DNA of 64,000 bases from Toensbergia leucococca (Eukaryota), in assembly GCA_022813965.1 (NCBI GenBank), contig JALDZS010000019.1:124001-188000 (forward strand), written 5' to 3'. The notes below the pieces were generated by a model, which searched no databases, had not been told where the DNA came from, and saw only the letters and a program-made list of their open reading frames with translations. The position numbers and the translations under genes are program-made. How positions within the stretch are numbered: the first letter of the stretch is position 1; every line of letters starts with the position of its first letter. Below are positions 51,220 to 63,107 of this stretch, one piece after another.

Positions 51220-52014
51220 ATGCCTGCATCTGCAACAACCAACGCACCACTCTCAGAAATCTGCATGCAGGTCGATTTATCCACCGCAGCAGCCGCAGCT
51301 GAACTCCATGAAGCGGTCAAAAACCTCGTCGAAACTTGCCGCTGCCTCAAAGCAGAGCTCAACTGCGCTTACTCCGTGATCGACGAGCTGGAAGATCACA
51401 ACAACCGACTTCACACGATGCTTGCCGACGCCCTGGCTGCCATTTCCACACCCCAGAGCTCTAATCCACCTAACCAAGCCAGGCCCGAGACACTCGGATT
51501 TGTGCCCAACTCTGGGGATACCTGGATCAGAGGAACGTGGCTGCTCTCGCACCCATCTGACCGCCTTCATCCCATTGAGCTAGTCTGGCAGTCCGGCCAA
51601 GCGCAGCGAGCTCTTGTACTCCTCGCAACGCATCTCACTCTAGACCTAGAAGTGAACGAGCGCGTCTCCGCCAAGCTACTCACGTGCGCCATCCTCCGCT
51701 GCAACGGCTGTCACGAGCGTGCCCTGCTCGAGGCCGAAGAAGCTTTGGATCTCGCAGAAGCGTCTAATTTGCGTGGCTTGAAGGGTAGAGCCATGTGCCA
51801 GAGAGGGTTCTGCTATCTGCATCTCAACAAGCTGAGGGAGGCGCGGTGGTGCTTTGTTTTGGGCAATTCCGCGAACGGGTATCAAAAGCTTGTAGATATT
51901 AACATGGAGATGCTGGATAGGCGGTTTGAGAACTCGACTGAGGATGATCCCGGTTGGTCGATTCCGGATGATTCCTTCTTTCATTTGCCGTCCCGGGCTG
52001 CGGCTAGGGAGTGA
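51220..52014 (+). CDS. Uncharacterised protein with coiled-coil and TPR-like helices (264 aa)
   Basis: Heptad-like LKAELNCAYSVIDELEDHNNRL; TPR-like ALLEAEEAL...GRAMCQRGFCYLHLNKLREARWCF. Confidence 0.7.
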   Translation: MPASATTNAPLSEICMQVDLSTAAAAAELHEAVKNLVETCRCLKAELNCAYSVIDELEDHNNRLHTMLADALAAISTPQSSNPPNQARPETLGFVPNSGDTWIRGTWLLSHPSDRLHPIELVWQSGQAQRALVLLATHLTLDLEVNERVSAKLLTCAILRCNGCHERALLEAEEALDLAEASNLRGLKGRAMCQRGFCYLHLNKLREARWCFVLGNSANGYQKLVDINMEMLDRRFENSTEDDPGWSIPDDSFFHLPSRAAARE

Positions 52015-53038
52015 GAAGAGATTGTTGATTCGGATAATAGTACGTGCGATTCTTCATCTTCTACATCCACACATTCACACTAGAATAGCTTCAAAGTTTA
52101 ATGTAAAATAAAGCCCCTGCACTCATTATTTTCCATCTTCAATACCAAATGTGCTCGTCATAATTGTCTATTTTCACATGAGTTCATTTTACTCGCTCAA
52201 CTAAGGCCTGAGCCTCAACATAAAGAACTCCACTCACCCGATCCCCCGAAGTAGCTTCTCCATCTCTTCAAAACTCAACTGTTATTTGACAAAATACACC
52301 AAATACCCTATCCCTTCCCCTTCCCCCCCCACAACCTCCCCCCCAACACCCCTACAACCCCCATCTCCAACACCCATCTCCAAATCTCTCACTCAACCAC
52401 CAACATCCAACCACCAACACTCACCTCCCACTAACACATCTCCCCTCCCAACCCTTCCTAAACATCCACCAAAAAAAATTGGGGTGGAAAAAACCCAAAC
52501 ACAACACCAATATTCCTCCCTCAAAGTCGACGAAAAATATTAGGTATAGGCAAATCCCCCTTTTCAATTAAACACTGCGCAAATCATAGGATTCAGATAA
52601 AAAAAAAGGGCAAAAAATTCATCACATTTCTCACGAGTACGAGCACGAACAGTCAAAGATGAGAAGAATTCGCGCACGTGGCAAATGACCCACCTCCCTC
52701 CCTTTCCCCTAAAAGAAAAAAAATCAATCCCTCAATTCCGCCAAATCTCTAAATCCCACAGGACTACAAAAAAAGTACAAAATGAAAAGGAAATAATCTA
52801 CCAAAAAAAAAAAAGCTAATAAGTACCGCCCCCTTCTTCAAAAGAAAAAACAAACCAAGAAAAAAAACTCACCCCCTTTGTCCCCCCATTCCAAATCCGG
52901 CCACTTTCGCCCCCCAACAACCTCCCCCAGAAAAAACAAAGAACACACTGCATTCGAACTCCAATATCCCCAATTCCCAGAATCCCCAATGCCATCGACG
53001 CGCTCCCAGAAATCCCGTACCGCAATCAATCGGCAAAG

Positions 53039-56000
53039 ATGAACATCCTAAAACTAGTCGCGGAAAGGGCGGCCAACAGACCCGAAGAAGCTACGGATGG
53101 AGTTCAAAATCAGGACGAAAACGAGGACGAAGAAGACAGAGAAGCAGAAGCAGACTCCTCCTCCACCATTCCCCTCCTCACCAGTCCCCGCCCCTCCTCA
53201 CTCCCCTCAAACCCCCCCACACTCACCATCCCAGCATCCGCTCACTACTCGCATCTGCCTTCCACAACGGCAAATAACCACGGCATTCCTTCCTCGCCAG
53301 AAACCGCAATTCCAGACCAGGCCTCGGAGGCTCCCGGTCCCGGAACCGAAGTCTCTCCCCAAGAAGCCATCCAGTCATACCCTACATCAGAGTTCACGCC
53401 TCAACAGACGCGGCCTTTTGTGACGAATCTAACAACCAGCCTGCTTTCGGATGGGAGCGCCTCGCCCGAACGACAGTCTCGGCGGCATACGATCCCGTCG
53501 CCTGAATTAGGAGAGGTCAATGAATTCAGCAGGTTGACTGAATCACCATCTTCACAGCTTGCTGATTCGCCCGAGGCAGATGATATCAACATATCAAGCA
53601 CAACGATTGAACACGCATCTAATGACAGCTCGCCCGAATTGGGAGACGTCTCCGTGCCCGGCACATGGACTGGCTCGCCTCAGTCAGAAAGTGCCAGCAT
53701 ATCAAGCACAATGATTGAACATGCATCTAATGACAGCTCGCCCGAATTGGGAGACGTCTCCGTACACGGCGCATGGACTGGCTCGCCTCTGTCAGAAAGT
53801 GCCAGCATATCAAGCACAATGATTGAACATGGATCTAATAGTAGCTCTCCCGAATTGGGCGAGGTCTCCGTACCCGGCGCATGGACTGAATCAGCATCTC
53901 CACGGTATCAGGACTCTGACCTAGAAGACACGCCTCCGCGGGGACCGCTTGTCGTGACGAATGCGACAGTCAGCCCATCTTCGGATGGTAGTCCCTCATC
54001 CGAACCACGAACTTCACAGTATACTGTCCGGCCTGCATCAAGAGGTGTCTGCACAGCCAATCCATTGACTAGAGAGTCTACAAAAAAGGCTCCCACGGGT
54101 CTCGGAATCTGGTTTCTCCCAAGCATTAGCACCAGGCGCAGTCCCTTTGGCAATTCTTCCGAGGAATTTCCGCCACGTGAACCTCACAATGATAGCACCG
54201 GCGAGAGCGAAGAAGCCGGGAACCCCTTAAATGACGCTCCTGAGTTGGTTTCACCAGTTCGTTTTAACCCTCTCAAGCGCGGACCCAGTATTTACGCGAT
54301 TCATAATAACCCACTGGAAGAATCGCTCGCAGAACCTGACCCCGACGTAAAAACGCTATTAGCAGGTCTCATGGTAGATCTCGGGGTAAGTCCAAGCTTC
54401 TCGCGATTTTTGTCTCTTCCTATATGTTCTTGAGCCATCCATTGACCTTCCCTTACTTTGAAGACCCATCCCACTAATCACATTCACAGAAACCCGTGTC
54501 GCCCAAGACCTACTGGGATGGCCCCGGCCCGGTCACTCGCGAGGATTTCATAGAATATAAAACATTCGCGGAGAACCAGATTAAAGAGTTGACCACCATG
54601 CTCTACACCGCGGCCATACACCGATCCACCGCAGAGCGCGACCTTAAGATTGCGGAAAAAAGTATGGGAGCGGCAGAGACACTAGCCGAAACTACCAGGG
54701 TGAGGCCAGATAGGAGTAATCGTAGCATGTCAGCAACAGCGCCCGTGGCGTCTGTTAAAGGGAAAGCAAAGGAGCCTAGACTTCCATCTCGCGCCGGAGA
54801 GAGGACTTTCGAGCCAGAGGCCAGTACTCAGGCTCAGCAATTACTGACTTCGGGTACTGGGAATCAATTGAGCGAAATCAATATCAACGTGCTCTTGTTA
54901 CGAGCGCAGTGTTGGGTCGCTATGAAAGATTGGGACAGGGTGGAGGACTTTGCATGCCAAGGCCTGGAGGCAGCAGAGGAAATAGGATTCGGGCCAATCA
55001 TTGGGAGATGTGAATTCTACAGAGGTATGGCTCATTATTACCGGAAGAGATGGGACCTAGCTTTGGATTGCTTCACCGAGGCCCGAACGTGCATTCCGTA
55101 TTGTAAAGAAGGGCCCACAGTTGCACGTTGGATTCGAAAAGCAGAAAGAGCGATAGAGAAATCGCGAGCTATGGGCGACTCGATGAATAATTCAGGCATG
55201 TCGACCCCAAACTCGGATACGTCAAGCGGACCTAAAAGCAGCGCGGAAATGTCCCCAACCAAGAGGGTGACTTTTGCTGACAGACCGAGAGCGGCGCTTG
55301 GCGAAAATTGGGAACCTTCTGGGTCTGGAAGTGGACTAGGAATGCCCGAGGTCCTAAATAGATCAACGGCAGATGGAAGTCGAACAGGACCGCCGCTAGG
55401 CGAACATAGGAGACCATCACCTAGAAGCAGACTAGGGGCGCCCGAGAGACTATATAGAATCATGACCGATGATAGTAGTTCAGAGGGAACTCGGTCAAGT
55501 GCATATAGAACGCCTTTGAGCGAACCAGAAATATCACAGCCAAATGAAACTCAACGACACGTACCCCAATGGCAGGATCGGCGCCGTCTTCGCAACCAAT
55601 CCTCAGGTCTCATGGCGGTGAGTAGAGAACATGGCACCTGGGAGCAACAGGAGTCATTTGACTTGCCACAAGAATTGCCCGATGTGGTGACTCAGCTTCG
55701 CTCTGATTTTCAATCCTTAGGTCTCATGCCAAGGAGTAGAGGGTCTTCTAGTAAGGAGGACCAAAACGCTGGAGTATCACATTTGGAAAGTCTTCGATCA
55801 ACGAGCGAATCTGACTCTCCACTGTCTCCACTGGCTAGAATGACTTCTATCAATCCCTTGGAGGTAATGCGCACTCATGCAGGAGGGTTCGTAGGAGCAA
55901 TAACGGGAGCTATACCATGGATTACACGTCCCAGTGTTCGATCCTTGCCTGAAATACCTACACAACAGCAACAGGATCAGCCAGGTCTCGATAATTCCAC

Positions 56001-56043
56001 AAGCAGCATTCATAGCCATGAGTTCGGCAAACAGTTCCTCTGA
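53039..56043 (+). CDS. Uncharacterised low-complexity protein with central TPR-like module (~966 aa, two exons)
   Basis: ORFs 53039 and 54496 join in frame through intron 54386..54489 (GTAAGT...CTAAT...CAG). TPR-like GRCEFYRGMAHYYRKRWDLALDCF. The frame is open upstream of 53039, so the start is uncertain. Confidence 0.72.
53590..53890 (+). repeat. Coding tandem repeat, 108 nt (36 aa) x ~3
   Basis: ISST(T/M)IEH(A/G)SN(D/S)SSPELG(D/E)VSV(P/H)G(T/A)WT in near-identical copies; older SPELGEV copy near 53500. Confidence 0.9.
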
Positions 56044-56767
56044 AGCACGGCATCGATGTTCAAAGGTTGGAGTTTTGACGTTGGAGCCATCCTCTGTTGC
56101 AGAAGGTTCGGTTTATCCATTTCTCGCAGGCTTTTCTTTTTCCTGCATAACCCGCTTGGTTGGTCTCTGGGCTAAATCTGAGTGCTACCATTCCAAAAAA
56201 AATGAAAAAATATACACGGCAGTATCTAGGGAAAAGTGTGCTACTTCCCTGACAGTGAGAGGACTTGGCTACATTCAATTGGAGGCCGTTGTTTTGATGA
56301 ACACCATGGGATTGCAGAGGAAAGACAACCACTAATGTGTAGTGTTAGTATAGCAATATACAAGCAGATTCATTATAGATGATTTGCAGTGGAAAGTTTG
56401 CAAGCTTTGATTGGAACAATGTGCTTCACTACGTAAGGCGGGGATAAACGATGCACAGTAGCAATTTCTTCTTCTTCGTTTGAGCTATATCACCTAATAC
56501 AACCAACTTTCGATGGTCTTTGGAGAGTCATTCGGAGTGCTCTTGATGTCTGCTGGTTATAGCTGATCAGGCAGACGTACTCTTCTTACTCGGAGGACCC
56601 CTTCGTAGAAAGCGAGGATGTCCGACCTATGGTCTCTTGAAGCCTAGCAATAATAGGACGTGGTACAAGGCCTCAGTGTGCGAGACTGATATCTTTATAG
56701 GCGCTGTTAGAGTTTTTAACATGCTATAAGCACAAGATGATTTCCATCATCCTCATTCATGGGAGGT

Positions 56768-57851
56768 TTAGGGTTTTGTTCTCTGTTTCAGGGAAATAAA
56801 GATTTCGGTCCACAAATCACTGGCTTCGCCGAGGGAATAAGTCAGGCTGACATCCGCCAGGCTAGCATCTGAACCTCCTGACATGGTCTCAAGTTGAGAG
56901 ATGATATTCTCTAGTCCAAAGGCTTTGCCGGTGGCTTGAGTCCCGCCAGATTCGAGCATGACATTGACAATGTGAATATGGAAATGATAGTACGTAGGCT
57001 GATCTATGCCTGGTTAGTACTAGACCTCGAGAAGCAAAGTGAATCAATCTTGGAAACCGGCCTGAAACATACAATGTATGTACAGTTTCAGCATATCCTT
57101 GTCCAGCTCAGGATATAGCTTAACCGCAGCATCTAATATCTTCCCTCTCATACGCTGCAACCACGGGACATGGCTCTTTTTCAAATCTCGCAAACTCCAA
57201 ATATCTCTTCTTTCGACCAGTCCAAGTAGATGCAAGCTAGACAAGGTTTTCCGATCCCAATTCAAATCGGGAAGGATGATGAAATGATCATCGGGTTGAT
57301 CTTCCTGGCTGGCATCTCGGAACAGCACATCTTCTTGTTCCGTCCTGCCTTCAATAATATTGTAGATCCAATTAAGACGACCCTCATCCCTTTTCTTCTG
57401 GATGAATGGCCTTACATAGGCTTTGTAAATCTCGGGAGTTTCGGTCACCATCCGTACGCCTTGCGGAGAGTATTTCTTAACATGCTGCTCGGTGCACGGA
57501 TAGATGAGGTTGATTTTCAAGTCAGGAACAGGTGTTTCTGTAGGAAAATATGAAGCAAGATACCAGTGATAGATATCATTAGCACCGAGGTTCTCGATGT
57601 TAGTCAGGGAAGCATGGAAGGCTTCCAAGGTCTCGACGTTGGTGGGAAAGGCTGCTCTCTCGGCGGTGAATAAAGCTTGCGAATCGTCAATGCTGCCAAG
57701 AAGGGTGATTCGTCGGCCACCTTGATCTGAGTCATAAGTCAGTGACAGGTACGGAGTAGGTATGTCTTCAATTGCAATGTTTACCTTGATTCAGAACTTT
57801 GCCAATCTTGAAGCGTGGAATGAGAGCTTCTACAGCTGTAGCTTCATCCAT
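56768..57851 (-). CDS. DCS1: Scavenger mRNA decapping enzyme DcpS (HIT family)
   Basis: NDIYHW, LIYPCTEQHVKKY, WIYNII, LPDLNWD, SLRDL and, after splicing, HYQPTYYHFHIHIV (HIT motif). Two introns. Confidence 0.95.
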
Positions 57852-58996
57852 TGCCTTGATTGGCTTCTATAATTCTGTTTCGTCCAAGTTCTGTCCTTGG
57901 GCAATAAGTGATTGAGAAAGGACTCTGGTTCAGACGAAGGAGACTCGCCGAGGGGCTAAACGTGGGGGCAGGGGGGCACGTGGGGGCTTAATTAGGGAAG
58001 CCTAAACCTGATTTATTCTACCGCAACATTGCGAATCTTGAATCTTGAATTTCAGATTTTGTAGATAGATTTCTTCAATATCATCAATCACAACACTAGA
58101 TATCATCAACAATCGCATAGAAATGTTTGAGAAGGGATGTAAAATTATTGAAAATGAGGTGTAAAATTATTCAATTGAGGTGAAGAAATGATAGGAGTCT
58201 AAATAATATAGATTAAAAAAACAATCTTTCAGTGATATAAACTCTCTATCTATCACACAAGATATTAACTAGCTACTCTTATAGTTCTGTTCATCATCTG
58301 AGGAGCTAATTGAAAACCATATCTTACCTACTCTTACACGCAGTTCTATTCACTCAAGCGACTCCAAAAACAGCAATCATTTTCACCAAGATCTGATATG
58401 ACAGATTATCTCTTTCAGTGATACGGTAAGAATTTTTATATGAATGACCTCTTTTCTTTTCGAGATAGGGAGAGGGTAGGTGTGGCTTTACAACTCCTCC
58501 CCAGCTCTGTGTTCTCTTCGGCATCAACAATCCACTCACACTTAACACTACCCCTAGCACCAAAATCCATTGAATAAAATCTCTTCATTCCTCTATCCTA
58601 CCCTTTGTCGTACGTACAAAACGCTTCCCAAGAACCAAAAACTCCACAAGAAAAAAAAACCGACCTTTCCATTTCCATCCAAAGACACAAAGACGGGACC
58701 TGGAGCGCATCACAGGGGTATCTCCCGCCAAATGATATGCTAGAGCACACCACACTGCTGATGCAGCACGCTTGGAAAAGACAATTGCCCACCGTTCCAA
58801 CGCCAGAGAATAAGAAAGAAACAGCAGCAGCAACATAGAAAACCGCATCCACATTCCGAGTGCAAGCCCCGTGGGACATGACAGTACGCCTCTCTTCGTA
58901 GTCGTGATTCAGTCGTCGTGAACATGAGTCCCTTTCCAGGACGAAACCCATAACCAAACTCCCTCTCAATAAAACCACCTTTCGACCATCGATAGC

Positions 58997-61900
58997 CTAT
59001 CCTTCGGCATCAATCGGCTCGAATTCTCCCTCGAAACTCCCATGCATCAACTCCGCCACCATCCTCATCCGCTGCACCTCGATATCCCTCGCCCCATAAT
59101 TGGCTGCTGGGTCCCATCCCAACGCTATCATCTTGGCCGTCGTCACGGTGAATACTCCGCAGTCCCGGCTGTTGTCCTGCATCGGACTGTCATTGTCCAA
59201 GACGCGCCACTCATCCTCCTTCCAGCCGACGCCTAGCTCTTGCTTCAACCAAGCCTTGGCGTTGCGAATATGACTGCGTGGATCTCCCCCCAAGCTGTCA
59301 AAGTATTCGATGGTACGGTTGGAGGGGCTGACAACCAGAAGGGTCCAGTGCGCGCCCTGATGCACGGGTATGAAGACGTGCTGCACGCTATCGAGGTCCT
59401 TGCCGCCGATTTTGGCCTTGGATGCCCAGCGACGGATACTCTCAGGACCTTTGTCTCGCAAATTCTTGTAAAAGAACGTATTAAAGGCGTGAAGCTTGGG
59501 AGTCTGTCCACGCTTATGATTCGAGGCAGCTAGGCCATGGTCCACGATTGCTTGCAGGTAGGCGGCAATGATCTCGTCATTAAGCCAGCCGCTGGCACGG
59601 TCCCGGCCCTGTTGCGGGAGAAGGGTACCAAAGTCTCTTCTTAAGAGCTTGGTGCCCGTGGACGTAGTGGCCATTACACGCATATCGGGATAGGTCATCG
59701 CTTCGGCAACCTTGGCTTCCCATTCAGCGGAAAGAGGCTTGATGAGCTTCACAGTGGATCTGTGACGAATGCCTTTCCTCTTACGTTCTTCTTCCTCCTC
59801 CCTTAGCTTGCGAGCCTGTGCTTCGGCTTCTTCTTTCTCCTTCCGAGCCTTTTCTTCGGCTGCGCGTGTAGCAAGAAGAGCTTTGCGCTTCTTCTCCTTT
59901 TCTTCCCGTTTTTGCTGTTGGCGACTTGACGATCGACGACCAGACAGTTCGAGTGCCCCCAACCTCTTCACAACCTTCTCCGGCGTTGCTTTTCTGGAGC
60001 TGCGACGTTGCTTCCCGGATCTGTCGGATTTATCAGTAGCTCTACCCGATGACGTCTTAGAGACGACTTCATCTGATGAAGTACTAAACTCTTCCTCTGA
60101 TGATGAACTCGATTCACCCTTCATAGGGTAATTCGGTCCTTCCTTCGTCGGTGGTCTCGGTTCTTCATTCGATTCGTCCTGCGGCAGCGAGCTTGACTCT
60201 TCCCCTATGGACGAACTCACTTCCTCCTTCAATAGGGAACTCGAATCATTGTTCACAGGCGAATGTTGCTCAACCCTTGACGGGGAACTCGATTCGTCTT
60301 CTGACGATGTTTCTTGCTCGACCTTTGGCGGCGAAGTTAATTCGTCCTCCGACAAGGAGTCTTGCTCAGCTGTTAGTAGGTAGGACGGGGAGTCTGACGG
60401 CGTCGTGCTCAGCTGCCTCTCTGATGGACCTGTTGCCGCTGTGGGGTGTTGCCCCTCTGGAGATCCTGGTGGTGTTGTACTTTGATTATTCTCTGACGAA
60501 GAATAGTCAATTGTAAAGGGTACAGAATTTTCCACGCCGCTCAAGGAATTAGTAATCTCCTGTGGAGATAAACGGTCTGTAGAAGCCTCCAAGTAATCTT
60601 TCGTCGGCGACACTGGAGAAAGGGATCGAGCTCTTATTGGAGATCCATTAGCAGTGATAGTCAAGGAGCTCACTCGACGTGGACGAGTCTGGCGGCCGAG
60701 CTGCTGACGATGGTAGATCTTTGTAGGTACTGCTCCATGAGAATCGCTGGTTTTGGCAGGAGGAGGGAAAATGGGAAAAGGAATGATTGGACCAGGAGCA
60801 AGAATAGGGATATTGCCAATCGAACGGTTGTTTGCCTGAATCGCATTGCCGGTACTTTCCGGATGACTGTTAGATTCTATGCTGGAGGAGGGAGCAATAT
60901 CACTATTGGCGTTCTGAGCATTACGACTGGCATCTATGATCGCGAACGCAATCGCAAGCTGTGTCTCATCGTAGTAAGGACCCCCAATGATATTGCCGGC
61001 CGGTTCCGGATGTCCTTGAGATGTTCCTATCTGTTCACGAGTGGCGGGAGTGAATGTTGGACATCGTAGATTGCGATTTGCTTCTGTGTAGGGTAAGGCG
61101 CCATTGTGACCATTGGCTTCCAGTCTTAGATTCGAGCTGTTGAATGAAAGAGCACTACTACTGACTGAGCTAGAAAGACTGCTTGAAGATGGGCTAGAGC
61201 TAATGGGATAAGCCATCGATTCATCTTTAACAAATCTCTTAATTCGGGAGACAGGCCCGCCAGTTGTCGGGCTCTCGAAAAACTCGACTCTCTTCTTCGG
61301 AGTCTTTGCAATAGGTGTAGTGATCAGCGACGAGATGTTGGAAGGTACTTCTGACAATGGAGAACTCAAGCTTTCCATGTCGAAAATTCCATCCGTGTCT
61401 GTGTAGGCTTTGGGTGGCAGTGGGCTCCAAATCATGCTTGACTCGTCAGAGATCTCGTCCGACGCCGGAGAGGGTGAAAGATCGGAGATATCGATATCAA
61501 CCACCTCATCGTCTCCATGAGTGGTCACGAGGTAATCGGCTGTTGTATATTGGAGACCGTCCATCTCAGTGTCGACGAGCTGGAGAATTGTAGTTGGTTG
61601 AACGCCATGCATGGCATGAAGCTGTGCCTCTACTGCTGCATTGCGCATCTCTTCCTCCCAGCTTAGTCTTCTATTATTGACGAAATGAGGTCGAGGATGT
61701 AGATGGTTTCCTCTTAGAGGGGAGGGTGGTGGAGATGGTAGACGACGGCGAGGAGAAGGGTTGGCAGGTCGTCTTATCGTAATGCTGACCATTCTACGCT
61801 TGGCTCGATTGACAGCTTGTACGGCCGCGGTAAAGGTCTGATTGAGGTGTGCACGGTTTTCGTAGGCGGCACGGCCAGCTCGGGTGGTCTGGCGAGTAAA

Positions 61901-62233
61901 AGTGCGTACAAAGGTGGAGGAGACGGTGAATACGAACATAGTTGCCATGAGACAGCCGAAGAACATGGTTGCGAAAGCACCTCGGTCTTGGTTTTGTTGT
62001 CTTGGATGAGCAGGCGGGTGAGCGTGAGTGTTATCTGGCTGATTTGGGCCGGGCTCCATGTCAGCAGCAAGGTCTGCCACAATTGGCTGATGAACCCTAT
62101 GAGCATCAACGTCTTCTCCAGCAGCGTACTCAGCAAAGGTTCTCTTGGGCGATGTTTGGGTTGTTGGTTGTGGGTAGATGCGAGGAGGAGTGTCTACTCT
62201 CCAGTCCATCTGATCGGACATCTGGTCGGTCAT
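58997..62233 (-). CDS. ULP1: Ulp1-family SUMO protease (peptidase C48) with long disordered N-terminus
   Basis: WLNDEII, FNTFFY, HWTL, YFDSL and QDNSRDCGVF give the His-Asp-Cys catalytic triad. Confidence 0.92.
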   Translation of the reverse strand: MTDQMSDQMDWRVDTPPRIYPQPTTQTSPKRTFAEYAAGEDVDAHRVHQPIVADLAADMEPGPNQPDNTHAHPPAHPRQQNQDRGAFATMFFGCLMATMFVFTVSSTFVRTFTRQTTRAGRAAYENRAHLNQTFTAAVQAVNRAKRRMVSITIRRPANPSPRRRLPSPPPSPLRGNHLHPRPHFVNNRRLSWEEEMRNAAVEAQLHAMHGVQPTTILQLVDTEMDGLQYTTADYLVTTHGDDEVVDIDISDLSPSPASDEISDESSMIWSPLPPKAYTDTDGIFDMESLSSPLSEVPSNISSLITTPIAKTPKKRVEFFESPTTGGPVSRIKRFVKDESMAYPISSSPSSSSLSSSVSSSALSFNSSNLRLEANGHNGALPYTEANRNLRCPTFTPATREQIGTSQGHPEPAGNIIGGPYYDETQLAIAFAIIDASRNAQNANSDIAPSSSIESNSHPESTGNAIQANNRSIGNIPILAPGPIIPFPIFPPPAKTSDSHGAVPTKIYHRQQLGRQTRPRRVSSLTITANGSPIRARSLSPVSPTKDYLEASTDRLSPQEITNSLSGVENSVPFTIDYSSSENNQSTTPPGSPEGQHPTAATGPSERQLSTTPSDSPSYLLTAEQDSLSEDELTSPPKVEQETSSEDESSSPSRVEQHSPVNNDSSSLLKEEVSSSIGEESSSLPQDESNEEPRPPTKEGPNYPMKGESSSSSEEEFSTSSDEVVSKTSSGRATDKSDRSGKQRRSSRKATPEKVVKRLGALELSGRRSSSRQQQKREEKEKKRKALLATRAAEEKARKEKEEAEAQARKLREEEEERKRKGIRHRSTVKLIKPLSAEWEAKVAEAMTYPDMRVMATTSTGTKLLRRDFGTLLPQQGRDRASGWLNDEIIAAYLQAIVDHGLAASNHKRGQTPKLHAFNTFFYKNLRDKGPESIRRWASKAKIGGKDLDSVQHVFIPVHQGAHWTLLVVSPSNRTIEYFDSLGGDPRSHIRNAKAWLKQELGVGWKEDEWRVLDNDSPMQDNSRDCGVFTVTTAKMIALGWDPAANYGARDIEVQRMRMVAELMHGSFEGEFEPIDAEG

Positions 62234-63107
62234 GATGACTGGAAGGAAGATGATGGAAGGAAAGTACGAACAAGGGATGAGAGCTTCCTACAAAGCAGCT
62301 GTAGAAGATTTAGCTATGGGCAGTCGAAGAAGTGTGCTTGATGCAAGAATACTTCTGCGAGTGTGGATGAAGGTTTGTTGTTGTTGTGAATTTGAGAAGG
62401 AAGTAGGTGTGCCCGTAAGGCGAGAGCTAGTCGGAATGGCATAGGCTCCTGCCCCACCAAAATCTTGATAATCTCTTTGTCGCAAGAAAAGTGTAGATAG
62501 CTTCAACCGGAATTCGCTAATCGGCCCATCCCGTTTTCATGCAGGGATCGACAGCTATGTCTCATCCATCGAGTAACGTGACTGCACCAAACTCCACCTC
62601 TACTCGTACGAGTTTTCTTTGTTTCATATCAACCATGTAGCATATTCTAAAGATGATGTAAGATACTGTCTACAGTGAGGTATTCTGCATATATTAAAAC
62701 ATAAGCATGAATAGATCAGCATCTTAGTCTAGCAAATGTGATGGTCAAGAAGTGCTTGTTCAGGACAAAAAAAATAAACTTCAACCGCGACTACGAGTAT
62801 GAATACTTGTACACAAAGTGAGGCTCTGCACCCCTTCGCCACCGAAAGAAGCCGTTACTCCATCAATTTCCCCAAGCTCAAGCAACTTCGAATTCAGCGC
62901 TGCATTTCTAGTTGACCTGCCCGTTCTCCCCCTTTACTCACTCAAGAAAGCGTTGGATTCTTGATTGAGTACGAGTGAGTATCCGTCATAGCACGAATGA
63001 TCTTTTACAGCTCTCGCGTGGCGTATTCGACCCTCTCATTGCTCCCATCTCTGGTATCTTATTCCATAGCATTTTATTTCCGAGCAATTCGCTCAGATTA
63101 AGTCTAC

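Noticed and set aside
52250..53030. C- and A-rich short ORFs upstream of the TPR-like gene
   Set aside because: Low-complexity promoter or leader sequence, although an extra upstream exon of the 53039 gene cannot be excluded.
53590..53890. Regular repeats as a CRISPR-like array
   Set aside because: Head-to-tail coding repeats without unique spacers, in a eukaryotic gene.
56560..56700. Possible structured ncRNA or riboswitch (GGAC...GAAA...GTCC stem)
   Set aside because: No TPP, hammerhead or snoRNA box consensus found by eye. An Rfam/Infernal scan would settle it.
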